Shown here piece by piece: positions 1 through 7,864 of a DNA stretch of 32,000 bases (position 1 is its first letter; the number at the start of each line of letters is the position of its first letter). A model generated the notes under the pieces. That model did not search any database. It was not told where the DNA came from and was given only the letters and a program-made list of their open reading frames with translations. Position numbers and translations under genes: made by a program. The DNA comes from an uncultured bacterium (GTDB lineage Bacteria; Auribacterota; JACPWU01), in assembly GCA_964640155.1 (NCBI GenBank), contig CAZXEQ010000001.1, positions 306,403 to 338,402 on the forward strand, in the 5' to 3' direction.

Positions 1-1661
1 AAACTATCCTCTGTCACCAACACTATCTCCGCAAGTCCTAAAACTCCAGGGATTGGATTTTCAGGATAATCTTTAGCACATAAGAGATGGACATGCTTTT
101 GTTGTCCCAATTTTCTTTCAAAAATCTGCTCTATTTCTAAAGGCGTACGCCGAGAAGTTGCCATTAGAATTTGTGTAGAATTTTTCTCACATATGTTTAA
201 GAGAAAATCTACCAAAACTTCCATCTCAGACGCCTTCATTTCTAAGCGCTCTGAATCTCCACCGATTAAAACCCCTATTTTTCTTCCAACATCTAAACTT
301 AATTTATCTGAAAGAATTTTTGTAGACCTATCCGCTATTTCCTTTGAAACAAGTGTAGGCATACCCTGGAGGATTAAAACATTTTTTGCATTTAAACTCG
401 AATATGAATCATGCGTAGGCAAAACAACCAAATCAAATAATTTTTCTGGATGAGAAACTCCCGATTTCATTAACAGAACTGTTTTTGCTTCATAATAATG
501 TTTCAAGAAAAAAGCAACCGGAGCACTCAGAGAGCCACAAGCTAAAATCAAAGAGGGAGACCAAATAGGTAATTGCTGAAGAGAATCTTTAGACAAACAC
601 CAACGTAAAAGTTTCATCGAATGGAGCCCAAAAAATAGACTCAAGCTGACCATAAAACGATGAAAAGAAGATTTGAAGTGAATAAAACAAATATTCTTCT
701 CCCAATCAGGAAACCCATTTGCAATTGCTAAAATTTGATTAAAATGTCCGGGCTTCCCATCATTTAAAAGCAGCATCTTCTTTTCATATCGAGTGATTTC
801 TCCTGGAGGACGTGTTTTCCAACGACGATGAAGCCATAACCACTGAGAAGGATCTTCTCGAATAAAGTTTTCAAGAGATAGAGTAAATCTTTCCAAAACA
901 ATTTTTTCCTGCTCATCTAGGCTTAATCCATCTAATCCTTCTGTTAAATCCTTCCCAATAAAAGCTCGATATTCCAGACGATCTGAGAGCCTACGTAAAA
1001 AGCCAGGTAAAATTGGGACTCCATATTTCAAACCTAAACGAATAATGCCAGTTGGAGTCGAAGCAAGCCTTCCAAAAAAAGGAGCAAAAGTCCCACGCAC
1101 TCCCCCATCCTGATCTACCAAAGCGCCCACCGTATGACCTTGATCAAAAGCTCCTACAATATGACGAATCTGTCCTTTGCTAATAACATTAACATTGTAA
1201 CGAGCACGAATCGACTGAATCCAATTTTGAACTTTTTTATTTTTAACATCACGTGCAACTACCGAGTTAATAAACCCCGCCCATCGACCTAATTTTGCTA
1301 AAAGCTCCCAGTTTCCAGAATGTCCTGTGAGAAAAAGAATCGCTTTCCCAGACTTTTTTGCCTTTTGAAGATGCTCATATCCTTCTTCAAATATATGATC
1401 GCGCCAAGCATGAGGATTTTTTTGAGACAAAATTAAAACTTCACATCCGACAAGAACTAAATTCTGAAAAACTCTTTTTGTAATATTACGAATCTGGTCT
1501 TGCGTATATTCAGGAAAAGCATTTCTCAAATTCGTAAAAGCAATGTTACGATGCTTTCGATCTATCCAATAAAAAATACACCCCAATCCCCTTCCCAATT
1601 TCATCAAGAAGGCTACAGGCGAGATTTTCGCCAAAAAATCAAGAAAATGGAGTAGGAACAT
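1..1661 (-). CDS. Lipid A biosynthesis acyltransferase (LpxL/HtrB-like) fused to a C-terminal ELM1/DUF1022-like domain; C-terminus runs off the left window edge
   Basis: Not in the ORF track because there is no stop inside the window. My translation from the ATG at 1661..1659 reads MFLLHFLDFLAKISPVAFLMKLGRGLGCIFYWIDRKHRNIAFTNLRNAFPE...LFLTGHSGNWELLAK...GALVDQDGG...PTGIIRLGLKYGVPILPGF. This includes the H-x-G-N-W-E motif and the core of LpxL-family acyltransferases. Further on, the same frame reads ...KKMLLLNDGKPGHFNQILAIANGF..., the DG-x-x-G-H-x-N-Q signature of ELM1-family proteins. The frame stays open to nt 3. Confidence 0.7.
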   Translation of the reverse strand, partial: MFLLHFLDFLAKISPVAFLMKLGRGLGCIFYWIDRKHRNIAFTNLRNAFPEYTQDQIRNITKRVFQNLVLVGCEVLILSQKNPHAWRDHIFEEGYEHLQKAKKSGKAILFLTGHSGNWELLAKLGRWAGFINSVVARDVKNKKVQNWIQSIRARYNVNVISKGQIRHIVGAFDQGHTVGALVDQDGGVRGTFAPFFGRLASTPTGIIRLGLKYGVPILPGFLRRLSDRLEYRAFIGKDLTEGLDGLSLDEQEKIVLERFTLSLENFIREDPSQWLWLHRRWKTRPPGEITRYEKKMLLLNDGKPGHFNQILAIANGFPDWEKNICFIHFKSSFHRFMVSLSLFFGLHSMKLLRWCLSKDSLQQLPIWSPSLILACGSLSAPVAFFLKHYYEAKTVLLMKSGVSHPEKLFDLVVLPTHDSYSSLNAKNVLILQGMPTLVSKEIADRSTKILSDKLSLDVGRKIGVLIGGDSERLEMKASEMEVLVDFLLNICEKNSTQILMATSRRTPLEIEQIFERKLGQQKHVHLLCAKDYPENPIPGVLGLAEIVLVTEDS

Positions 1662-1683
1662 GTAAAAACCGAGTTAAGAGTTA

Positions 1684-1763
1684 AGGGCTAAGAGTTATGG
1701 GGTTAAGAGCTAGAACGTTCGATGTGGCTTTTACTTAGCCCATAGTCCTTAACTCTTAGCCCT
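1684..1763 (-). repeat. Long imperfect inverted repeat (stem-loop) in the lpxK / acyltransferase intergenic spacer
   Basis: agggctaagagtta (1684..1697) pairs perfectly with taactcttagccct (1750..1763), 14 bp. A further 4 bp form between tggg (1698..1701) and ccca (1739..1742), across a small bulge. The region also contains reiterated TTAAGAG-like heptamers (1674..1709). It starts 4 nt after the lpxK stop. Confidence 0.6.
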
Positions 1764-1766
1764 ATT

Positions 1767-2891
1767 TTAGTAGTAACAAATATTGTGCACAAAATCATTA
1801 AAATCCGAAGCCCCCTTCACCAGCTTAATTTCAACTCTCAAATAAAGAAGCCTTACACCATCCAACGGAAAACTGGGGATTCGAACTGCATCTTTTTCTG
1901 TTGTTACAATAATTTGAATACCTTGGGCCTTTGTCTTAGCTACAATATCTTTCAGTTCTCGTCGATGATAGCGATGATGATCTCTAAACCGAAAAGATAA
2001 ATCAAGCTGGGCTCCCAATCGCTTTAAGGTGTCTTCGAACCCTTCAGGAACTGCAATAGCGGATAAGGCAGAAATTCTTTTAGATTTTAAAAACTCCAAA
2101 GGTACTTTTTCACTGGTTAAAGTATCCATTAAATACTTTGGATCATGAACACATTCTAAAATTTCTGAATGGGATGTTTCTTTTCGAATATCTTCTTTGA
2201 GTGGATCTGTACTTTCCACTTTTTCAGTTTTTGTTAGAAAAATAAAATTGGCTCTTGTGATCTGATGAATAGGTTCCCGTAATAATCCACGAGGAAGCAA
2301 TCGGCCATAACCAAAAGGATTGGTACAATCGACCAGTAAAATTTCATGTGTCTTTTGCATGGGAAGATATTGATAACCATCGTCGAGCAAAAGAATATCT
2401 GCACCTAATTTTTGAATAGCCAAAGAACCTGAACGCACTCTATTCTTGTCCACCAAAACAGCAACCCCATCTAAATTTCGAGCCAACATATAAGGCTCAT
2501 CCCCGGCTTCTTTAGAATCTGTATAAATTCTCTTTCCATCCGAAACAATCAATGTCTGATCCAAAATACCTTTACTAAATGGCCTTCGTTTCTTTTTATA
2601 GCCTCGACTCAAAATAGCAACTTTTCTTCCTCCCTTCGCCAATGATTTAGCCAACATTTCAACCACAGGTGTTTTCCCAGTTCCTCCTACAGTGATATTG
2701 CCAACACTGATCACAGGACACCCCATAATGGCTTTCCTAAAGAAGCGATGCTGATACATAAAAAAGCGAAAACTCACGGCAGCACCGTAAAGCTTGGATA
2801 GACAAAGCAAGAGCCCTCGAAGCGTATTAGCCCACTTACCTTGAGCCTCTCCTCGAATAATCTTAATTACTTTATCCTCAATACGTTGCAT
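1767..2891 (-). CDS. lpxK: Tetraacyldisaccharide 4'-kinase
   Basis: 374-aa ORF. It has the LpxK-type P-loop context VISVGNITVGGTGKTPVVEMLAKSL, followed by ILSRGY and LLLDDGYQ blocks. It sits next to a lipid A acyltransferase gene. Confidence 0.9.
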   Translation of the reverse strand: MQRIEDKVIKIIRGEAQGKWANTLRGLLLCLSKLYGAAVSFRFFMYQHRFFRKAIMGCPVISVGNITVGGTGKTPVVEMLAKSLAKGGRKVAILSRGYKKKRRPFSKGILDQTLIVSDGKRIYTDSKEAGDEPYMLARNLDGVAVLVDKNRVRSGSLAIQKLGADILLLDDGYQYLPMQKTHEILLVDCTNPFGYGRLLPRGLLREPIHQITRANFIFLTKTEKVESTDPLKEDIRKETSHSEILECVHDPKYLMDTLTSEKVPLEFLKSKRISALSAIAVPEGFEDTLKRLGAQLDLSFRFRDHHRYHRRELKDIVAKTKAQGIQIIVTTEKDAVRIPSFPLDGVRLLYLRVEIKLVKGASDFNDFVHNICYY

Positions 2892-3023
2892 AAAATATCA
2901 CTTTTCTTTCTAAAGCCGGAAAACCTGGGAAGCATAGCATCTTGGAGTGCAACAGACAAGGTGTTTCAATACATAAATTTTATCTTAAAAATGATACACG
3001 CTGTCTTCAGCGACCGTGTTCGA

Positions 3024-3121
3024 AAAAGTGTGTCTTCTACAAATACGGGTGGCACTCGGCGGGGAGCCCCGCCGCGCGCAATTTTTAATGAGCACGGTGG
3101 GGCTGACGAGTGTCAGGACCC
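3024..3121 (+). ncRNA. Unclassified GC-rich structured RNA-like element, copy 1 of 2 (paralog at 15910..16007)
   Basis: A 98-nt block alignable base for base with 15910..16007. Predicted outer helix: 3047..3058 with 3107..3121. Predicted inner 10-bp helix: 3065..3074 with 3095..3104. The inner helix shows compensatory changes between the copies. Copy 1 contains G-U pairs only when read on the plus strand. It is a GC island in AT-rich intergenic DNA. Confidence 0.45.
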
Positions 3122-3202
3122 GTTTCAGCCAAAATAGAACAATCTCCTTGACCAAAACTTAAAATTACTATTGAATTTGTTAAATAAAAAACGGAGCCAA
3201 AA

Positions 3203-3778
3203 ATGAAAATATCTTTGCTTTCCATCAAAGTTGTAGTGCTTCTTTTAATAGGAACTTTAAATCTCTACGCAGCAAAAGAAACTTACGTTATTGATACTGC
3301 TCATTCCTCTGTTTCTTTTAAAATTCGTCATTTTTTTAGTAAAGTCACAGGCAATTTTGGAAAATTTGAAGGAAGTTTAATTGTTGACCAAGAACATATG
3401 GATGAGAGCTCAACACAAGCGGTTATTGATGTTAACAGCATTGATACCCAACAAGAAAAAAGAGATGCTCACCTTAAAAATGCTGACTTCTTTGATACAG
3501 ATCAATATCCTAAAATCACTTTCAAAAGCAAGAAATGGAAAACGCTCGGGTCTGACGAATACGAAGTGATAGGAGATTTAGAGATTCGTGGAACAACTAA
3601 AGAAATTACACTAAAAGTAAAATCTCTTGGATTTGGAGAAGGAATGAATCAGGCTCAAATCTCAGGATGGGAAGCAACCACCCTACTTAAGAAATCTGAT
3701 TTTGGCATTACTTACGGCGGGAAAGCATTAGGTGAAGATGTCGAAGTAAAAATTCAGATTGAAGCGAGAAAACAATAA
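3203..3778 (+). CDS. YceI-like periplasmic polyisoprenoid-binding protein
   Basis: 191-aa ORF with an N-terminal signal peptide (MKISLLSIKVVVLLLIGTLNLYA). YceI family pattern: YVIDTAHSSVSFKIRHFFSKVTGNFGKFEGSL...IDVNSIDTQQEKRDAHLKNADFFDTDQYPKITFKS. A GGAG sits 9 nt upstream of the ATG. Confidence 0.88.
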   Translation: MKISLLSIKVVVLLLIGTLNLYAAKETYVIDTAHSSVSFKIRHFFSKVTGNFGKFEGSLIVDQEHMDESSTQAVIDVNSIDTQQEKRDAHLKNADFFDTDQYPKITFKSKKWKTLGSDEYEVIGDLEIRGTTKEITLKVKSLGFGEGMNQAQISGWEATTLLKKSDFGITYGGKALGEDVEVKIQIEARKQ

Positions 3779-3798
3779 ATAACGGATGACGTTATTTT
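3778..3798. terminator. Weak AT-rich hairpin between convergent yceI-like and ycaR-like genes
   Basis: aataacg (3778..3784), loop gatga, cgttatt (3790..3796), then tt. The stem is only 7 bp, AT-rich, and overlaps both stop codons. Confidence 0.3.
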
Positions 3799-3947
3799 CC
3801 TGCTTCTTCAATCAACATAATTGGAATACCATCACGAATAGGATATTTACGCCCACACATCTTGCAACAAATTTTTTCGTCCTTAAGCTCAATATCCCCT
3901 TTACATGCAGGACATGCAAGAATGTCTAAAAGCTCTTTGTCTATCAT
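3792..3947 (-). CDS. Trm112/YcaR-like small zinc-ribbon protein (UPF0434)
   Basis: Not in the ORF track (51 aa). My translation: MIDKELLDILACPACKGDIELKDEKICCKMCGRKYPIRDGIPIMLIEEAGK. It matches the UPF0434 pattern LL.ILACP.CKG...C..C...YPIRDGIP.ML. Its ATG overlaps the rmlD stop as ATGA (3944..3947). Confidence 0.8.
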   Translation of the reverse strand: MIDKELLDILACPACKGDIELKDEKICCKMCGRKYPIRDGIPIMLIEEAGK

Positions 3948-4840
3948 TGTTTATCCTTTCTTACTAATGAAGGGTCTAGCAAATAATCATCTAAAGCTTG
4001 GTGCCATAGTCTCATATGAAAGCCTTCTTTTTCAAGCTTTTCATTTGAAAGCACTGAATAATGAGGTCTCACCGCCGGACGTTTCATTTCATGCGTCTGA
4101 ATAGGATGAATAGGAATATCTTTGAATCCGCTCCTTTTTAAAATTGCACATGCAAAATCATACCAACTGCAAATACCCTGATTCGTCACATGAAAAAATC
4201 CATGGCTTTTTCTATTCAATAAAAATAAAACAGCCTGGGCCAAATCATAGGTATAGGTAGGGCATCCTTTTTGATCGTTCACCACACGTAAACTTTTTTC
4301 AGGATTTTTTTGGGCTCCTTGAGCAAGTTCCAACATCTTATCGACAAAATTAGGCCCATGACTTCCAAAAAGCCAGGATGTACGTATAATCAGAAAATCT
4401 TTTGCTCCTGCTACCACTGCTTTTTCACCTTCTAATTTTGACTTTCCATAAACATTTAAAGGACTTGTCAAATCATCTTCAATATAAGGAATGTCTTTAA
4501 ATCCATTAAAAACATAATCAGTACTGAAATGGACGAGAAAAATATTTTCTAATTTACAGGTTTGAGCTAAAAAACCAACCGATTTTGCATTGATAAGATA
4601 AGCTCGATCAGGTTGACTTTCACAATCATCTACTTTTGTAAAAGCGGCTGAATTGATGAGGATTTGAGGATGAATTTCCGAAATAATCTTTTTGATTTCA
4701 TCAAAATCTGCAATATCTAGCTCTTGATGAGAAAAGGCAGAAATTTCATACTCAGGGGATAACGTTTTAACCAAATCATGTCCCAACATCCCCGCTGCAC
4801 CTGTGATTAAAACACGAGGCTTTTGCTTACCGAAGTTCAT
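3944..4840 (-). CDS. rfbD: dTDP-4-dehydrorhamnose reductase
   Basis: RmlD-like SDR with Rossmann motif VLITGAAGMLG, STDYVFNG and YGKSKLEGE (Y-x3-K). I prefer the internal ATG at 4840 (MNFGKQKPRVLITGAAG). The track start at 4942 would overlap rfbB by 116 nt. Confidence 0.85.
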   Translation of the reverse strand: MNFGKQKPRVLITGAAGMLGHDLVKTLSPEYEISAFSHQELDIADFDEIKKIISEIHPQILINSAAFTKVDDCESQPDRAYLINAKSVGFLAQTCKLENIFLVHFSTDYVFNGFKDIPYIEDDLTSPLNVYGKSKLEGEKAVVAGAKDFLIIRTSWLFGSHGPNFVDKMLELAQGAQKNPEKSLRVVNDQKGCPTYTYDLAQAVLFLLNRKSHGFFHVTNQGICSWYDFACAILKRSGFKDIPIHPIQTHEMKRPAVRPHYSVLSNEKLEKEGFHMRLWHQALDDYLLDPSLVRKDKQ

Positions 4841-5831
4841 ATTGCTTTTTATAATATTCTTTAAAAGCACCTGATTTGATCTTTTTCCACCAATCTTGAT
4901 GTTCTTTGTACCAATCAATGGTTGAATGCAAGGCTTGCTCAAAGGAAAATTGTGGCTTCCATCCTAAAGTTTTTAATTTATTTGCAGACAGAGAATAACG
5001 GCGATCATGCCCCAATCTATCTTTAATAAACTGAATATTACTCTCAGACTTTCCCAAATATTTTACAACGGCTTGGGCCAATTCTCTATTTTCTCTCTCA
5101 TTACCCCCTGCAATATTATAAACTTCACCTTCTGTCCCATGATCAATTAAAAAATAAACACCCGAACAATGATCTTCTACATACAACCAATCACGAATAT
5201 TTTTGCCATCACCATAGACGAGGAGAGGTTTTCCTTCCAATAAATTTGTAACGCCCAGAGAAAGAAATTTTTCAGGATATTGATAAGGGCCAAAATTATT
5301 GGATGCTCTGGTAATAATCACCGGAACTTGATACGTCACCCAGTAAGAATAGGCCAGACGGTCTGCACCAGCTTTACTCGCAGAATAAGGATTACGAGGC
5401 ATAAGAGGATCTGTTTCTTTAAAAGATCCAGAATCGATACTGCCATACACTTCATCGGTCGAAATCTGAATAAACTTTTTGACACCAAATTTACGAGCAG
5501 CCTCCAATAAAACATAAGCCCCGTAAACATCCGTAGTAATAAAATCTGAAGGGTTGGTAATAGATCTATCTACATGCGTTTCAGCCGCAAAATTAACTAA
5601 AACATCTACCCCTTTTTCAAAAATACTTTTAACACAATCTTCGTCTGCAATATCTCCTTTGACAAATTCATAACGAGCATCATTTTCGATATCTGACAAA
5701 TTTTCCAGATTTCCTGCATAGGTTAATTTATCTAAATTAACAACATGGCAATCTTTCTCTTTTTTTAAAAGAGTGTGAATAAAATTTGAACCAATGAATC
5801 CCGCCCCACCTGTAACTAAATATCTTTTCAT
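4827..5831 (-). CDS. rfbB: dTDP-glucose 4,6-dehydratase
   Basis: 334 aa: MKRYLVTGGAGFIGSNF, AAETHVDRS, STDEVYG, YSASKAGAD. This is a textbook RmlB extended-SDR signature. Confidence 0.93.
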   Translation of the reverse strand: MKRYLVTGGAGFIGSNFIHTLLKKEKDCHVVNLDKLTYAGNLENLSDIENDARYEFVKGDIADEDCVKSIFEKGVDVLVNFAAETHVDRSITNPSDFITTDVYGAYVLLEAARKFGVKKFIQISTDEVYGSIDSGSFKETDPLMPRNPYSASKAGADRLAYSYWVTYQVPVIITRASNNFGPYQYPEKFLSLGVTNLLEGKPLLVYGDGKNIRDWLYVEDHCSGVYFLIDHGTEGEVYNIAGGNERENRELAQAVVKYLGKSESNIQFIKDRLGHDRRYSLSANKLKTLGWKPQFSFEQALHSTIDWYKEHQDWWKKIKSGAFKEYYKKQYELR

Positions 5832-5844
5832 AAAAATAATCCTA

Positions 5845-6561
5845 TTATTTCTTTCCTACTACCAATTGACTTGCTCGATAAAGAGATTCAAATGTTCCTG
5901 CATCTGTCCACCATCCTTCTAAAACACTGTAACTCATCGTCCCCTGCTGAAGATAAACATTATTAACATCGGAAATTTCTAATTCTCCACGTCCTGAAGG
6001 CTTTAATGTTTTAACAATTTTATAAACAGAAGCATCATACATATACACCCCTGTCACCGCATAAGAGCTTTTTGGTTTTTTAGGTTTTTCTTCAATGCTT
6101 ACAATTTTCTTTCCTTCAAAAACGGGGACGCCAAACCGCTCAGGATCAGGAACCTCTTTTAATAAGATCTTTGCACCTTTTTCTTGGGCATCAAAATCTT
6201 TTACATGCTTCTTGATAGATTTCTCTAAAATATTATCTCCCAAAATGACAATAACCTTTTGGCCATCTGCAAAATGTTCTGTTAAAGACAAAGCTGCTGC
6301 AATGCCTCCTTCACCTTCTTGATAGGTATAATTTAAATCTTGAAGACCAAATTCTTTTCCATTTCCTAAAAGCTTTAAAAAATCTCCTGCATGATTTCCC
6401 CCTGTAACAATCATGATGTCTTTAATCCCAGCTTCAACTAACATCTGAAGAGGATAATAAATCATGGGTTTGTCATAAATAGGCAAAAGATGCTTATTGG
6501 TAATTTTGGTCAGTGGATGAAGGCGTGTTCCTAATCCTCCAGCTAAAATAATGCCCTTCAT
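5845..6561 (-). CDS. rfbA: Glucose-1-phosphate thymidylyltransferase, short form (sugar nucleotidyltransferase)
   Basis: 238 aa: MKGIILAGGLGTRLHPLTKITNKHLLPIYDKPMIYYPL (G-x-G-T-R-L and KQLLP-like motifs). It lies directly upstream of rfbB. Confidence 0.8.
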   Translation of the reverse strand: MKGIILAGGLGTRLHPLTKITNKHLLPIYDKPMIYYPLQMLVEAGIKDIMIVTGGNHAGDFLKLLGNGKEFGLQDLNYTYQEGEGGIAAALSLTEHFADGQKVIVILGDNILEKSIKKHVKDFDAQEKGAKILLKEVPDPERFGVPVFEGKKIVSIEEKPKKPKSSYAVTGVYMYDASVYKIVKTLKPSGRGELEISDVNNVYLQQGTMSYSVLEGWWTDAGTFESLYRASQLVVGKK

Positions 6562-6647
6562 GAAAACCTCTTTTTTAATTAAATTTTTAGCATTTTATCA
6601 GAGAGAGATATTTCGTCATAGGAATTTTCTTTAAAACGATCGACGCG

Positions 6648-7610
6648 TCACACTTCACGCGTGACGGCCTTTAAAGGTTCATGCCTATAGGTCAAATAAA
6701 ATGGAACTCCCAGCAAACTGTACCCCAAAGAAACAAGTCTAATAAAAATAGAAAGCCCAACGGCAATCACGCCATAAGCAGGATTAATCATCATAAAAAG
6801 AGCACGATAGACTCCCTCTCCAATTCCCCATCCCGCAAAAGAAATCGGCATAGCACTTAAAAAGCCTGCAATCGGAATAATAATAAAGAACTGAGAAAGA
6901 TAAACATCCGTCATACCTAATCCTTTGGCCAGAATAAAGTTGGCCAATACCAACATCACATGAATAAAAAGTGACAAGAGAAAGACACCTATTGCTGTTC
7001 CTTTATGATGTCTTAAAGCAGTTAATGCATTGTAAAACTTTAATGCTCCTTGCATCATAGAAGAACGCTCTACAAATTTCTTTAGTCCAGGAAACTTTCT
7101 CCACAAAGATCTATTAAAAAATAGAATCATCCCTATAAAAAAACTCCCCACAAAAACAGCAATAATCTTTGCGAGTCCTCCCAGGAGAGGATGATGAAAG
7201 GAAAAAAGAGAGGCAATCAGACCCAACATGAAAAGGGCAGAAAACCCAAAAATACGATCTAATAAAATCGATGCCACCGCTTCTACTTTTTTGGGAGTTC
7301 TTTTTGCTAGATAATACCCCTTAATGACATCTCCACCCGTTAAGCTAGGCATCATATTGTTAAAAAAAAGCCCGATCAAGGTTAAACGCACAGCAAGGGC
7401 AAAACCAATATGAATATCAAAGGAGCGAAGAAGGAGTAGCCAACGATAACAGGCTAGAAATGAAATAAAACCATAGATAAATAGAGGAATAAAAAGATTC
7501 CAAAAAGGGATAGAAGAAAAAGTAGAGCCTAATGTTTTTAGATTTACATCAGGTTGAGTGAAGATATAAAAAAGGATTCCCACACTAATGAGAATCCTCA
7601 ATAGGTTCAA
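6648..7610 (-). CDS. UPF0104 / lysylphosphatidylglycerol-synthase-TM-like (flippase-like) integral membrane protein
   Basis: 320 aa and multi-pass hydrophobic. It has the family-typical MPSLTGGDVIKGYYLAK loop. The start is TTG at 7610; there is no in-frame ATG/GTG/TTG between it and the upstream stop. Confidence 0.65.
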   Translation of the reverse strand: MNLLRILISVGILFYIFTQPDVNLKTLGSTFSSIPFWNLFIPLFIYGFISFLACYRWLLLLRSFDIHIGFALAVRLTLIGLFFNNMMPSLTGGDVIKGYYLAKRTPKKVEAVASILLDRIFGFSALFMLGLIASLFSFHHPLLGGLAKIIAVFVGSFFIGMILFFNRSLWRKFPGLKKFVERSSMMQGALKFYNALTALRHHKGTAIGVFLLSLFIHVMLVLANFILAKGLGMTDVYLSQFFIIIPIAGFLSAMPISFAGWGIGEGVYRALFMMINPAYGVIAVGLSIFIRLVSLGYSLLGVPFYLTYRHEPLKAVTREV

Positions 7611-7621
7611 AAAGAGCTTTT

Positions 7622-7792
7622 TTATCGCTTCTTCCGAGCCTCCTTCATTTTCCTTCTTTTCTTCTGGCTCGGCTTCTCATAATGCCTATGCTGCTTCAGG
7701 GATTTCATAATCCCTTCTTTATCGATTTTCTTCTTTAAACGACGCAGTGCTCGATCAACTGATTCATTTTTCTTTAAAATAACTTTGGTCAA
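7622..7792 (-). CDS. rpsU: 30S ribosomal protein S21
   Basis: Not in the ORF track (56 aa, TTG start preceded by GGGGG). My translation: (M)[55 protein letters not shown]. It matches the S21 pattern NES.DRALRR.KKK..K.G......HR.YEKPS..RKRK. Confidence 0.85.
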   Translation of the reverse strand: MTKVILKKNESVDRALRRLKKKIDKEGIMKSLKQHRHYEKPSQKKRRKMKEARKKR

Positions 7793-7864
7793 GACAACCC
7801 CCTATTAAAATTTACCCATGCAATCTAGAATATGTCCTTTCAGAAGTCAACGCTTTTTTCAATG

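Noticed and set aside
193-453. 86-aa plus-strand ORF, and many similar antisense ORFs in the track (for example 1785..2000, 5280..5510, 6095..6322, 8965..9162, 9245..9571, 12129..12392, 13553..13975, 17702..17902, 18378..18703, 20310..21207, 22423..23280, 23941..25104, and all plus-strand ORFs within 25400..31987).
   Set aside because: - Each lies entirely inside a longer minus-strand gene that has clear family motifs or much greater length.
- They are low-complexity shadow frames of AT-rich coding DNA.
3101-3121. Hammerhead-ribozyme-like CUGACGAG string inside structured-element copy 1. Also partial resemblances to the guanidine-III (GACGAG...CAGGAC), ZTP (GGGU.GUGAC.GGCG) and cobalamin B12-box (GUCAGGA.CC) cores.
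   Set aside because: - Copy 2 reads CUGUCGAG at the same place, so the essential A is not conserved.
- There is no GAAA/stem III partner.
- The other riboswitch resemblances cover only a few nucleotides and lack the remaining conserved cores (GCCACUG, CCGCCUGGGC and so on).
2841-3137. 98-aa plus-strand ORF covering structured-element copy 1. The 63-aa (15858..16049, minus) and 60-aa (15974..16156, plus) ORFs cover copy 2.
   Set aside because: - The two homologous DNA blocks would be read in different frames and strands.
- Conservation follows base pairing rather than codons.
- No SD is present.
- The amino-acid composition is simply a consequence of the GC island.
4841-4942. Extended N-terminus (34 aa) of the rmlD ORF-track call.
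   Set aside because: - It would overlap rfbB by 116 nt.
- It precedes the Rossmann G-x-x-G-x-x-G motif by an atypically long, non-conserved stretch.
- The internal ATG at 4840 gives the canonical spacing.
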